DNA from: an uncultured Gammaproteobacteria bacterium
GTDB taxonomy: Bacteria > Patescibacteriota > Patescibacteriia > UBA1558 > S5-K13
DNA length: 64,000 nucleotides
Reading direction: 5' to 3'
Assembly: GCA_964640635.1 (NCBI GenBank)
Contig: CAZXFD010000003.1
Location: forward strand, 65,149 to 129,148
The position numbers were made by a program, and so were the translations under genes. The notes under the pieces are model-generated. The model was not told the DNA's origin. It saw only the letters and a program-made list of their open reading frames with translations, and did no database searches. Below are positions 1 to 8,389 of this stretch, one piece after another. Numbering within the stretch: position 1 is the stretch's first letter; each line of letters begins with the position of its first letter.

Positions 1-57
1 TAGTTACATAGCCAATTACTGTTTCAGCTAAATAGCTAAGCAACTACGAAGCTAATT

Positions 58-1455
58 TTATTCGTGAATCTTTTTTATAATAGAGTTTATGTCGTTTCTT
101 GTTTTTTCATCTTTTGCGATTAAGTCACAGACTTTGTTGTAAGCGTGTATTGCTGTTGTGTGATCACGGCCTCCTATTTCAGAGCCTATACTTGGATAAG
201 ATGCACTCAATTCTTTTCTAAGTAAATACATACATATTTGACGAGGACCAACTAATTCTTTTTTTCTACAATTTCCAGTTAGGTCATCAAAGTCTATTCC
301 ATAATAATCGCCAACGCATTTTATAATTTTCTTTGCACTAAGTCCGGTTTCTTTTTGTTTTGCTATTATTCCACTTAGAACTGTGTTTACAAATTCTACT
401 GATATAGGCTCACTACTTAGCTGATGAGTAGCTATAACTCTATTTAATATTCCTTCAAGTTCTCTTACACTACTTTTTGCTATATTTGCAATTGCAACAA
501 CAACTTCTTCAGAAATATTTAATTTCAAACCCTTTTCTTGTATTTTGCTATTTAAAATAGCCATTCTTGTTTCTAGATCAGGCATACCAATATCAGCAAT
601 CATTCCACTTTCAAAACGAGATGTAAGACGATCCTCTATTCCTGGTAATGATTTTGGTGGTCTATCAGAGCTAATTACTATTTGTTTGTTTTGTTGATAT
701 AGATGATTGAAGGTATGAAAGAATTCTTCTTGTGTTCTCTCTTGCCCTTTCATAAATTGGATATCATCTACTATTAATACATCAATATCACGATATTTTT
801 TCTTAAAACTTTCCATGTTTCCAGATTGGATTGACCGGACATAGTCATTGGTAAAATGTTCACTACTTACATAAGCGAGTTTTAATTCGGGAGAATTTTC
901 TTTTATATAGTTTGCTACAGATTGCATCAAATGAGTTTTTCCAAGACCTACATTTCCATATAAGAATAATGGGTTATAAACATGGCCAGGGTTCTTGGCA
1001 ACAGCGGTAGAGGCTGCTTTTGCGAGTTCGTTTTGTTTGCCCGTAATAAAATTTTCAAATTTATATTTTGGGTTTATTGATAAGTATCCATTTTCTGTTT
1101 TACTTTGTGTGCTTATATTTGTGCTAGAATGTTTTTCAGCCTCTAAATCATCATTATGTTTTTCTATTTGAGATGTTTTTTTTATGTTTTGTTCTTGAAT
1201 TTTTTCATGAGATATTTTGAATAGAAGTTTTTTTATGGAAGATCCTTTGAGTATATTATTTAATGCTTGTAATATTTCTTTGCTATATTTATTTTCTAAC
1301 CAACTTTTTGTAAATCCATTTTGAACAGCTATTATGACAGTGTCCTCGCCTACTTCTAAAATACTTGTGTTTTTAAACCAAGTTGTAAAACTAGCCTTTG
1401 AAATGTTTAGCTCTAATTCACCAAGAACAGCATGCCATAATTCTTGATTATCCAT
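58..1455 (-). CDS. dnaA: chromosomal replication initiator protein DnaA
   Basis: 465 aa ORF; AAA+ Walker A GNVGLGKTHL, Walker B IVDDIQF, C-terminal DnaA-box binding region; motifs read directly from translation. Confidence 0.9.
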   Translation of the reverse strand: MDNQELWHAVLGELELNISKASFTTWFKNTSILEVGEDTVIIAVQNGFTKSWLENKYSKEILQALNNILKGSSIKKLLFKISHEKIQEQNIKKTSQIEKHNDDLEAEKHSSTNISTQSKTENGYLSINPKYKFENFITGKQNELAKAASTAVAKNPGHVYNPLFLYGNVGLGKTHLMQSVANYIKENSPELKLAYVSSEHFTNDYVRSIQSGNMESFKKKYRDIDVLIVDDIQFMKGQERTQEEFFHTFNHLYQQNKQIVISSDRPPKSLPGIEDRLTSRFESGMIADIGMPDLETRMAILNSKIQEKGLKLNISEEVVVAIANIAKSSVRELEGILNRVIATHQLSSEPISVEFVNTVLSGIIAKQKETGLSAKKIIKCVGDYYGIDFDDLTGNCRKKELVGPRQICMYLLRKELSASYPSIGSEIGGRDHTTAIHAYNKVCDLIAKDEKTRNDINSIIKKIHE

Positions 1456-1476
1456 TTAGTTTTTAGTAGTTAGTAT

Positions 1477-1869
1477 TTAGTCTTTAGTGTTATGCGTAAT
1501 TTGATACGTTAATTTATTGAGAATTTTTCGTATTTCTATTAGTAGTAATTCTATTTCTGTATATTCATCTTCGTTCCCGAAATTTAGTAATTTTCCTATT
1601 TCTAATTGAGTTTCGAGTTCAGAACTAGATGCGTAGGCTATTAGTAAAAATCTTCTAAATTCATTTCTTGTAAATCTTGACTGACCTTCTGCAATATTTG
1701 AAGGTATTGATATCGCACATCTTTTTATTTGACTAGTGAGTCCAAACTGTTCTGATTTTGGGTACTTGTCTGTTAATTTATAGATTTTAATCGTCAATTG
1801 TATTGCTTTTTGCCAAACGATAAAATCCTTATATGAGGTTATCATAAAGCGCTTTTCTTTAATTGTCAT
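1477..1869 (-). CDS. four-helix-bundle protein (TIGR02436-like, the so-called 23S rRNA intervening-sequence protein family)
   Basis: 130 aa; family-typical IPSNIAEG ... SSSELETQL pattern; stop lies 21 bp upstream of the dnaA start on the same strand; paralog at 56059..56439. Confidence 0.6.
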   Translation of the reverse strand: MTIKEKRFMITSYKDFIVWQKAIQLTIKIYKLTDKYPKSEQFGLTSQIKRCAISIPSNIAEGQSRFTRNEFRRFLLIAYASSSELETQLEIGKLLNFGNEDEYTEIELLLIEIRKILNKLTYQITHNTKD

Positions 1870-1995
1870 TTCGTAAGTAATTAGTATTAGTAGAGTTTAT
1901 CTAAATACTAAACCCTAATAACTAAATACTACCCTTATTTTATACTATTTTTACAACTAATGGAATAGGCCTAATTATGCTAAAAGTGCATAAAG

Positions 1996-2054
1996 TGTGA
2001 ATAAGTGTGGATAATGTTTAGAGTTTAGTATTTAGGGTTTAGAAGTGTGAATAA
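1996..2054. promoter_or_regulatory. three DnaA-box-like 9-mers (TGTGAATAA, TGTGGATAA perfect, TGTGAATAA) in the same orientation, upstream of the four-helix-bundle/dnaA operon
   Basis: reverse complement of TTATCCACA consensus read at 1996..2004, 2006..2014, 2046..2054. Confidence 0.4.
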
Positions 2055-2079
2055 TTTAAGGAAAATAAAAAACCGCCAG

Positions 2080-2460
2080 CAATTAAACCAGCGGTTAAAT
2101 AAATTAATTTCAGGGTCCTCTCATTTTTAACCCCTTTGAGTTCTTGTATGCTGATATGGTTGTCCAGGGATTGGACCGTCAGCAGCTTGTTGATTTTCGT
2201 AGGGACTTAATTATCCCCTATTTCTTGAGCTCTACTCCGGAGGGACACTTTAACCGCTCGTCAAAGTGTATAGGGTTGTTTTTGTTATAGTGCAAACCCT
2301 TCATTAAGTGGGTAGAATCACTTAATGTTAACGCACTCAAGTAATTCGTTTAATTCGTTTCATTTTTCCTCCAAAGGCAATAATCGGTGATTAACGTCGG
2401 ATTTGGCCAGCTCTAAGCGCAACTTTTACCGTTGCTTTCTGGAATTCTTATCGGCCAAGA
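2080..2460. other. GC-elevated (about 42%) ORF-poor region with several stem-loops; candidate structured RNA or long leader of the dnaA operon
   Basis: no ORF of 60 aa or more; local GC clearly above the roughly 30% background; hairpin aaccgc...gcggtt at 2081..2110; a tiny minus-strand ORF (MKRIKRIT) follows a GGAGG site. Confidence 0.25.
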
Positions 2461-2465
2461 GTTTA

Positions 2466-2687
2466 TTAGTTATTGATTTTGATGATGTGTCTCGGGGTTT
2501 TTACTATTAAGGATAAATGGAATAATAGTATGTATGCCCAAAGAGTAAGATTGGTCCATTCTTTCATGGGAATCTTGGAGAAATCTCCTACGCTTATTAT
2601 CTCTTGAATACTGAAGATTATTCCAAATACTGCTATTGCAATAAGGAATATCCCACAAATGATGCCTATGACGTCTAATCTTGTCAT
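2466..2687 (-). CDS. small membrane protein (two predicted TM helices)
   Basis: 73 aa ORF; GAGGAG site 6 nt upstream of ATG; hydrophobic segments. Confidence 0.45.
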   Translation of the reverse strand: MTRLDVIGIICGIFLIAIAVFGIIFSIQEIISVGDFSKIPMKEWTNLTLWAYILLFHLSLIVKTPRHIIKINN

Positions 2688-2716
2688 TTTAACTCCTCGT
2701 CCTATAAAAGGATTTT

Positions 2717-2971
2717 TTATGATTCTTCTTCATTGGCGCAGTGGCTACAGTAATTACTATAGCACTTTGTGCCATCGGTCGTGTTACACGACATGCATGC
2801 CTCTGAGCAGGAGCAGGTCTTATGGATAATCTCAGAGGTTCCAGCACTTTCGATATGATATACTTCTCCACAGGAATTGCAAATCCTGTGGTGTATCTCT
2901 GAGGTTTCAGAGATAAACTCTTTACACACGATGCAAGGATTTTCCTTTTTTTCATTCATTATTTCAAGCAT
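2717..2971 (-). CDS. cysteine-rich small protein (14 Cys in 84 aa, CxxC and HHxxCxxC motifs), probable metal-binding
   Basis: 84 aa ORF; GGAG 7 nt upstream of ATG; preferred over the overlapping alternative-frame ORF 2689..2955. Confidence 0.5.
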   Translation of the reverse strand: MLEIMNEKKENPCIVCKEFISETSEIHHRICNSCGEVYHIESAGTSEIIHKTCSCSEACMSCNTTDGTKCYSNYCSHCANEEES

Positions 2972-3357
2972 TTTTTCTCCAAAGTCGCTTTATATTTTTG
3001 TCTTTTAGCGACTCAATCCCCTCAAGCGGGTCACGTATCTTGTATATTCTTTGGAGAATTATTTAATTACTTTACAGCAATCAAAGCAGTGCAGAGATAA
3101 GGTTTTATTTATGGCCTTGTCTTACGTAATTACCATTTATTATCATCACCCAAGGGTTAAGATAAAGTAATATTGTTTGACATTTTTAAAATTTGCCATG
3201 TCTTGCCTTATTTATTTTCTCTATTTTAAGCCAAATCCGATCCATAAAAGATAAGAAATAGCTTTGTGTATAGTTCCCTCCGCACTATTTTGATTGCTGT
3301 TTGTTTTTTATCTCGGCCTAGCTTTAGCGAAGCCGGATATTTGTCAATGAACCAGGT

Positions 3358-3465
3358 TAATATAGTAGTATAGCACATTAAGTGTGTATTGTCAATAGTG
3401 ATTGGCTGACTATCTAGATTAACATAATAGTATAGCATAATACATGTATATTGTCAATATCAATG
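3358..3465 (+). repeat. two imperfect (about 80%) direct repeats of about 47 bp, each containing a TTGTCAAT core; a third core at 3341..3348
   Basis: aligned by eye: ttaatatagtagtatagcacattaagtgtgtattgtcaatag versus ttaacataatagtatagcataatacatgtatattgtcaatat. Confidence 0.4.
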
Positions 3466-3536
3466 AATTAACAAAAAACCACCAACACTTTTTAATGTTG
3501 ATGGCTAATTTTTAGAAATTAATGTTTTGGAACTGT

Positions 3537-4094
3537 TTAATCTATTTTTGCAAAAACGATTTCTTTGCAATCTATCTGACAGGCTTTTAGGTGCGCATAG
3601 AACGAAGCTTCTTTAAAAATGTCTGGCACGTCATCTAAGTCTCCCTCGAAGTATATTTTTTTAGAAATTTGAATCTCATCACTAAAAAATTCTATGGCCA
3701 AACACTCTATCAGCACTTTTGATCCAGGACAATAAGCGGTTATTTTGATAAAAGGTTTGCTTAGCACAAAACAAGCGTGAAGATTGTTAGCCCTTAATTC
3801 TTTGAAATAAAATAAGGGTTTAATTTTTTGGCCTCGAGTTGTGCAAATTATTGTTGATTGTCCATTTTCTCCATCTCTCCCACCAGATTCATATTCACAG
3901 ACATTCACTTCGCACATGCCTTTAAATAGATACTCTGATAAATAGTATGGAATTTTGTATATAAGATTATTCTCTTGAGATTGTTTTAATTCTATTATTA
4001 AAGCATCTTTTACTTTTCTGTGCTTAAATCCAAAAACATCAAGCTTATTGCAAATAGCTACAGTATAATTAGGTAGTTTTAATTCTATAGTCAT
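3537..4094 (-). CDS. hypothetical protein
   Basis: 185 aa ORF followed by a hairpin plus T-run terminator at about 3475..3512. Confidence 0.55.
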   Translation of the reverse strand: MTIELKLPNYTVAICNKLDVFGFKHRKVKDALIIELKQSQENNLIYKIPYYLSEYLFKGMCEVNVCEYESGGRDGENGQSTIICTTRGQKIKPLFYFKELRANNLHACFVLSKPFIKITAYCPGSKVLIECLAIEFFSDEIQISKKIYFEGDLDDVPDIFKEASFYAHLKACQIDCKEIVFAKID

Positions 4095-4313
4095 TGTTCC
4101 TCCCCTATGGTTATATGAGAATTATCATACTATTTGAATTTTTTTTGTCAATTATATGTAGTGATACATTTTAAGTATGATATAATAAATATATGTTAAA
4201 AGATAAAACATTATTTTTAATAGTTATATTTATTGTTTTCCTTGTTATTGCTTTTGCAAGATTTTCTTCATCGGAGGATAGTTGGATTTGTGAAAATGGA
4301 AAATGGATAAAAC

Positions 4314-4790
4314 ATGGAAATCCATCATCACTTGTTCCAACATCTGAGTGTAAATAAAATTTTTATGGAAAATGACGAATTAAATAAAGAAAATAAATTT
4401 CTTTCTCTTAAGACGGGGAAGTATTTTTTGGGATATGCTTTTGTCGGCGGTCTCTCAAATTCTGTAGAAATAGGATTGTTATTTTTGTTGGTAGAGATTT
4501 TTGGAGTTTATTATCTTATTGCCTCAACAAGTGTTTTTATTTTTGGATCTATACTTACTTTTATAGGAAGAAAATTTTTTGTATTTAAAGATAAAAATTT
4601 AAAAAACATACTTAGACAATTTGCTAAATATGTTTTTATGTTTGTGATAGGTATAGTATTAAATTTTTTTATAATGAGATTTTTTGTAGAAGGTTTGAAA
4701 ATTCATTATGTTTTTGCTTACATAATATCTATTCTTATAACAGGAATTATTGGTTTTTTATGGAATAAAGAAATAACCTTTAAGAGTTAG
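4314..4790 (+). CDS. GtrA-family membrane protein (polysaccharide biosynthesis associated)
   Basis: four TM segments; C-terminal FLWNKEITF resembles the GtrA signature; true start may be an internal Met. Confidence 0.55.
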   Translation: MEIHHHLFQHLSVNKIFMENDELNKENKFLSLKTGKYFLGYAFVGGLSNSVEIGLLFLLVEIFGVYYLIASTSVFIFGSILTFIGRKFFVFKDKNLKNILRQFAKYVFMFVIGIVLNFFIMRFFVEGLKIHYVFAYIISILITGIIGFLWNKEITFKS

Positions 4791-5190
4791 TTGCTTTTCT
4801 GTTTATCATCGTTTCATATTCATTCTCGATGAATTTTTTCATTTTTAGATCATCTTCTACAAATCTTTTTATTTTTGGATCTTTATCTATATTTTCTTGA
4901 GTATAATCGCTAAATACATGTTCTCCTTCAATTGGTGAAGATCCGGAGATTATATGATATAGAGTATGTTTTCTTAATTCGTCTTCGGGCGTATTTTTTA
5001 GATTGTTTTTAAGAAATATTATTGCTTTTTCTATGATATCAAAACCATAATAATCTCCTAGGTCTTTAAGCATTTCATAAAGCCTTTTTATTTCAGGTTT
5101 TTCATATTCTCTTTTTATCGTTTTTGCTTCGTCACTTATTTTTTTTATGATTTTTTCTTCTTCGGGTGTTAGACTTATTTTTTCATTCAT
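4780..5190 (-). CDS. hypothetical protein
   Basis: 136 aa ORF; overlaps the upstream dgkA-like gene by 4 bp (ATGA), suggesting an operon. Confidence 0.5.
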   Translation of the reverse strand: MNEKISLTPEEEKIIKKISDEAKTIKREYEKPEIKRLYEMLKDLGDYYGFDIIEKAIIFLKNNLKNTPEDELRKHTLYHIISGSSPIEGEHVFSDYTQENIDKDPKIKRFVEDDLKMKKFIENEYETMINRKATNS

Positions 5191-5576
5191 AATATTTTCG
5201 GCAAGAAAATTATTATTCCTATGATAGCTGCAATCACTGAAACAACAAGAACGGCTCCAGCTGACACGTCCCTAGTTCTTGTAGTTTCACTATATCCAAG
5301 ATTTAATTTGTCTCTTGTGATATTTGCAAGTTCTTCTATAGATGTATTTATCATCTCAAGTGATATTACAAGCCCTATTAACAAAAGTATTATAAACCAC
5401 TCTACTTTAGAAAGGCTTAAAAAAAATCCAAGTAATATGATTATTGTTCCTACAAAAAAATGAAATTTGATATTTCTTTCTTTTGATGCAGAAACAATTC
5501 CACGATACGCAAATAAAAATGCTAAAAAGAACTTATTTAACTTGCTAGATATTTTATTATTATTCTTATTTGGCAT
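5187..5576 (-). CDS. dgkA: diacylglycerol kinase / undecaprenol kinase family (DgkA-like) membrane protein
   Basis: 129 aa, three TM segments; conserved SLEMINTSIEELANITRDK ... RDVSAGAVLV pattern of prokaryotic DAGK. Confidence 0.7.
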   Translation of the reverse strand: MPNKNNNKISSKLNKFFLAFLFAYRGIVSASKERNIKFHFFVGTIIILLGFFLSLSKVEWFIILLLIGLVISLEMINTSIEELANITRDKLNLGYSETTRTRDVSAGAVLVVSVIAAIIGIIIFLPKIL

Positions 5577-5601
5577 GTGTTTATTATAAGTATGTAATTA
5601 A

Positions 5602-6081
5602 TCAGTATACTTTTATTTTTACATCAGCAATGCCTGCTCTGTCAATTCCTAGTATTTTTGCACCAGCATAGGATAGATCTATTTCAGCTAGATATTTTTT
5701 TGTAGTTTTGCTTTTTGAGTATGGTCCACGATCGCTTACTATTGCATCTATTGCTTTTCCATTTTTCATGTTTATAACTTTTATTTTTGTGCCTAGTGGA
5801 AGAGTTCTGTGTGCTACAAGTGCAGAGTCAAACATATCAAATTTTTTACCATTTGCCATTTTTTTTCCATGAAATGCTTTTCCATACCACATAGCACGCC
5901 CGAAAATTATTTCTATTGGAAAGCTATTTGATGTTATTTGAGGTGTTGTAGTAGCAATGTTTACATTTGTAGTTGAAGAAGCAGTTGCTTCCTGTGCCCT
6001 TGTTTGGGTATAATAAAGTAAGAAGTAGCAAAAGCTAATTAAGAGAAAAAGGATATAAATTTTGTGTTTGTTTATTTTCAT
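5602..6081 (-). CDS. RlpA-like double-psi beta-barrel (DPBB) domain protein with signal peptide
   Basis: C-terminal AMWYGKAFHGKKMANGKKFD ... GTKIKVINMKNGKAIDAIVSDRGPY matches the RlpA/DPBB fold; ORF-track entry 5602..6330 is over-extended; ATG at 6079..6081 gives MKINKHKIYILFLL signal peptide. Confidence 0.7.
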   Translation of the reverse strand: MKINKHKIYILFLLISFCYFLLYYTQTRAQEATASSTTNVNIATTTPQITSNSFPIEIIFGRAMWYGKAFHGKKMANGKKFDMFDSALVAHRTLPLGTKIKVINMKNGKAIDAIVSDRGPYSKSKTTKKYLAEIDLSYAGAKILGIDRAGIADVKIKVY

Positions 6082-6101
6082 TAATACATAATAGCATAAA
6101 T

Positions 6102-6569
6102 ATGAACAATTTTCACGAAGTTTCACAAATAAGAAAAGAAGAACAAAAAGATATTTTTGACGAACCAGAAAAACAGGTTGATTCAGAGGTAATAAGTAAA
6201 CAACAATTAGATAATTTAGATGATTATGTAGATCAGTTAGCAGAAACTGATTTTGAGCACGAGTTTGAAGACGAGATAAGTGAAGAAACGGCAAGGTTAA
6301 ATGAATATGAGTTAAGAGAAGACGAGCCATATGCAGTAATAGTAAACAAGACAGAAAAAAGGGGAAAAAAGGAAAAGAGTGGAAAAGAAAAATACGAGCT
6401 TTATAATAAGGCTCATGGATCTTCAGAGGATGAATACCTAGGTCATGTTTGGGCTAGTAGTCCAGCACAAGCTCTTTTATTGGGGCATAAAAAGAATTTT
6501 AATATGACGGAAAGAACTATTTCTCGTGCTACTGGAATATTTTATAAACCAGAGAAAAAACAGGTGTAG
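6102..6569 (+). CDS. acidic hypothetical protein
   Basis: 155 aa Glu/Asp-rich ORF in an otherwise empty interval; followed by a hairpin. Confidence 0.45.
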   Translation: MNNFHEVSQIRKEEQKDIFDEPEKQVDSEVISKQQLDNLDDYVDQLAETDFEHEFEDEISEETARLNEYELREDEPYAVIVNKTEKRGKKEKSGKEKYELYNKAHGSSEDEYLGHVWASSPAQALLLGHKKNFNMTERTISRATGIFYKPEKKQV

Positions 6570-6582
6570 TTATTTTACATTC

Positions 6583-6625
6583 AAAAAAAAGAACCGTCGG
6601 ATCATATGACCCGGCGGTTTTATAT
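6583..6625. terminator. bidirectional intrinsic terminator between convergent genes
   Basis: gaaccgtcgg ... ccggcggtt hairpin flanked by A-run and T-run. Confidence 0.4.
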
Positions 6626-6642
6626 TTGTTTTTTGTTGTTTT

Positions 6643-7356
6643 TTAGACTGTAGCCTCTAATTCTAAGAAGCGTTTAATGGCCATCGGAATGATGGGGTCT
6701 CTATGGTGATATACCAAGGTGGGGTCATTTTTGACTATTTCCCAATCATACCACCTTGACCCCCCGGCTTCTATTATGCCCTCGGGGTCTACGAGGTAGA
6801 CAAGAGAAACATAAGGCCCTCTTTCTTCGTCGGGGGTGTATTTGATCCCGACAAAAGTATATCCCGTTGAATGAAAACCTTCGACTCTACTCAATCTATC
6901 AAATTGGGTTTGAGGCGCAGGTTTGTTCGCATCCGAAGAGCGAAGTCCTGTTCCGGGGCAGTGGAGCTCATTGGGATATGCAGCCTCATCTGCGGCACGT
7001 CTGGCAAGAAATACTTCTATTTTTCCTGTTTTAGGATTTCTCCTTATAGCAACGCCCTCTATCGCAGGAGTCCACCAATATGGGGACATGACATTGAAAA
7101 GGTCTGTCCCAAAGGGCTTTTCCGGATTAAGAAAGGGCATAAGTATTGTAAGGATTTTTTTGATTGCTTCTTGTGCGCTTTCATTTTCCCAGACTTTTCT
7201 CATTAGCTTTCCAAAGACAGGATCTCTCCTAGTCTTTGGTTTCAGATGCTCACCATTTTCCATAAAGGATAAGAATTGTTCATCCTCTTTTTTTGAAAAC
7301 AGTGACAGTATGATACGATGAAACTCATCCAAGAGCTTCGATGATCCAATAATCAT
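6643..7356 (-). CDS. hypothetical protein encoded by a GC-rich (about 45%) gene
   Basis: 237 aa ORF; base composition clearly deviates from neighbours; no confident family assignment from sequence alone. Confidence 0.55.
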   Translation of the reverse strand: MIIGSSKLLDEFHRIILSLFSKKEDEQFLSFMENGEHLKPKTRRDPVFGKLMRKVWENESAQEAIKKILTILMPFLNPEKPFGTDLFNVMSPYWWTPAIEGVAIRRNPKTGKIEVFLARRAADEAAYPNELHCPGTGLRSSDANKPAPQTQFDRLSRVEGFHSTGYTFVGIKYTPDEERGPYVSLVYLVDPEGIIEAGGSRWYDWEIVKNDPTLVYHHRDPIIPMAIKRFLELEATV

Positions 7357-7463
7357 TTTTAGTTCCTCCTATATTTTTGGATTTTCATATAAAATTAGCA
7401 CATTATATACTCTTTGTCAACGCTAGGTGTTTAAATAAAAAAACGGGTATGAATTTACCCGTT

Positions 7464-7835
7464 TTAAGTTTTAAGAAGACTTTTAAGACCCCCAATGAAA
7501 TCTCCTTTGTGGACAGGCTTTCTTAGAATAATATTGTCCTTAGAATTTTTTTCGTCAGGAATGTAGTTCGTGCAAATCATGATTCGAGTTTCTGGAGAAA
7601 TACGCATTATTTCTTGTAAGAATGCATTTCCGCAATCATGTGTTTTGTCCTCACATCTCTCGTCTGGCACATATTCTGTGACAAGTATTTGCACAGAGTT
7701 TTCTTTTAGAAAGTTAAGAACATCTTTCGTTTCTGAAAATTTGAATATCTTAGCGTCTTTATAAAAAGTAGATATAAATTTCTCATAAACGTTTCTGACA
7801 CCCTCGTTACGTTCAAATATAACTATCGTGATCAT
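7464..7835 (-). CDS. stand-alone receiver-like (CheY-fold) protein with acidic-pocket substitutions
   Basis: 123 aa; pattern VIFERNEG ... ILVTEYVPDE ... IMICTNY ... LRKP mirrors REC beta-alpha layout, but the phospho-acceptor Asp position reads Glu. Confidence 0.45.
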   Translation of the reverse strand: MITIVIFERNEGVRNVYEKFISTFYKDAKIFKFSETKDVLNFLKENSVQILVTEYVPDERCEDKTHDCGNAFLQEIMRISPETRIMICTNYIPDEKNSKDNIILRKPVHKGDFIGGLKSLLKT

Positions 7836-7927
7836 TGTTCCTCCTAATCTCGATTAGATGCATACTAATACACTTATTAATTTTTGTCAAATAAAAAAAT
7901 AATAAGATACTTTTAACCTTTTATAAT

Positions 7928-8191
7928 TTACTTTGTTATTACACAGCTCTTTGCAACTATGCCGTAGAGTTTGTTTAATATTTTTGTGAGATCATTTATT
8001 TGTTTTAATCCACCCTTTACAACTATTGTTATAATTCCTGAGCAATTTGATATGCAACGTGGCTCTATGTTTACGCCAAGCCTCGTAAGTATGATATGTC
8101 CATTTTCTGAAAGTGTTTTATTTAGTTTTTCGGAATTCACTTGTCTATTTGTAACCATTATTGTAATTGTTCCTAAATGTTGTTTTTGCAT
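7928..8191 (-). CDS. small ACT/ferredoxin-like-fold protein resembling the TM1266 putative-regulator family
   Basis: 87 aa; GHIILTRLGVNIEP ... GIITIVVKGG resembles TM1266-type proteins; weak. Confidence 0.35.
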   Translation of the reverse strand: MQKQHLGTITIMVTNRQVNSEKLNKTLSENGHIILTRLGVNIEPRCISNCSGIITIVVKGGLKQINDLTKILNKLYGIVAKSCVITK

Positions 8192-8329
8192 ATTATTGGT
8201 TTCATAGTTACTTAGTTTCGTAGCTATGGAGTTAAAATTGATGATATAATTAAATTTATTATATCATTAAAAAGATTAATAAAAAATATGCGCTAAAATT
8301 AAAAAGTACTTTATCCACAGCCTTTATTA

Positions 8330-8358
8330 TTGACAAGGTGTTTATATGGTTGTAATAT
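8330..8358 (+). promoter_or_regulatory. near-consensus sigma70-type promoter TTGACA-17-TAATAT, preceded by a perfect DnaA box TTATCCACA at 8311..8319
   Basis: hexamers and 17-bp spacer read directly; about 30 bp upstream of AAGGAGG plus ATG of the 8390 gene. Confidence 0.45.
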
Positions 8359-8389
8359 CTTTTTATGCCTATTCTAATAAGGAGGAAAA

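Noticed and set aside
2080-2460. tmRNA, RNase P RNA or SRP RNA in the GC-rich region
   Set aside because: Searched by eye for GGAAAGUCCGGGC, GGUAAGAGCGCACC, the tmRNA tRNA-like 3' end and the SRP GGAAGCAGC motif on both strands. Only a short CTTATCGG fragment matched, so no call was made.
5602-6330. Full 242-aa extent of the RlpA-like ORF
   Set aside because: The N-terminal 83 residues are a Leu-rich read-through of AT-rich upstream DNA. A Met followed by a textbook signal peptide at 6081 is the credible start.
6871-7321. Plus-strand ORFs 6871..7206 and 6923..7321
   Set aside because: They are antisense to the better-supported GC-rich 237-aa ORF and have no ribosome-binding site.
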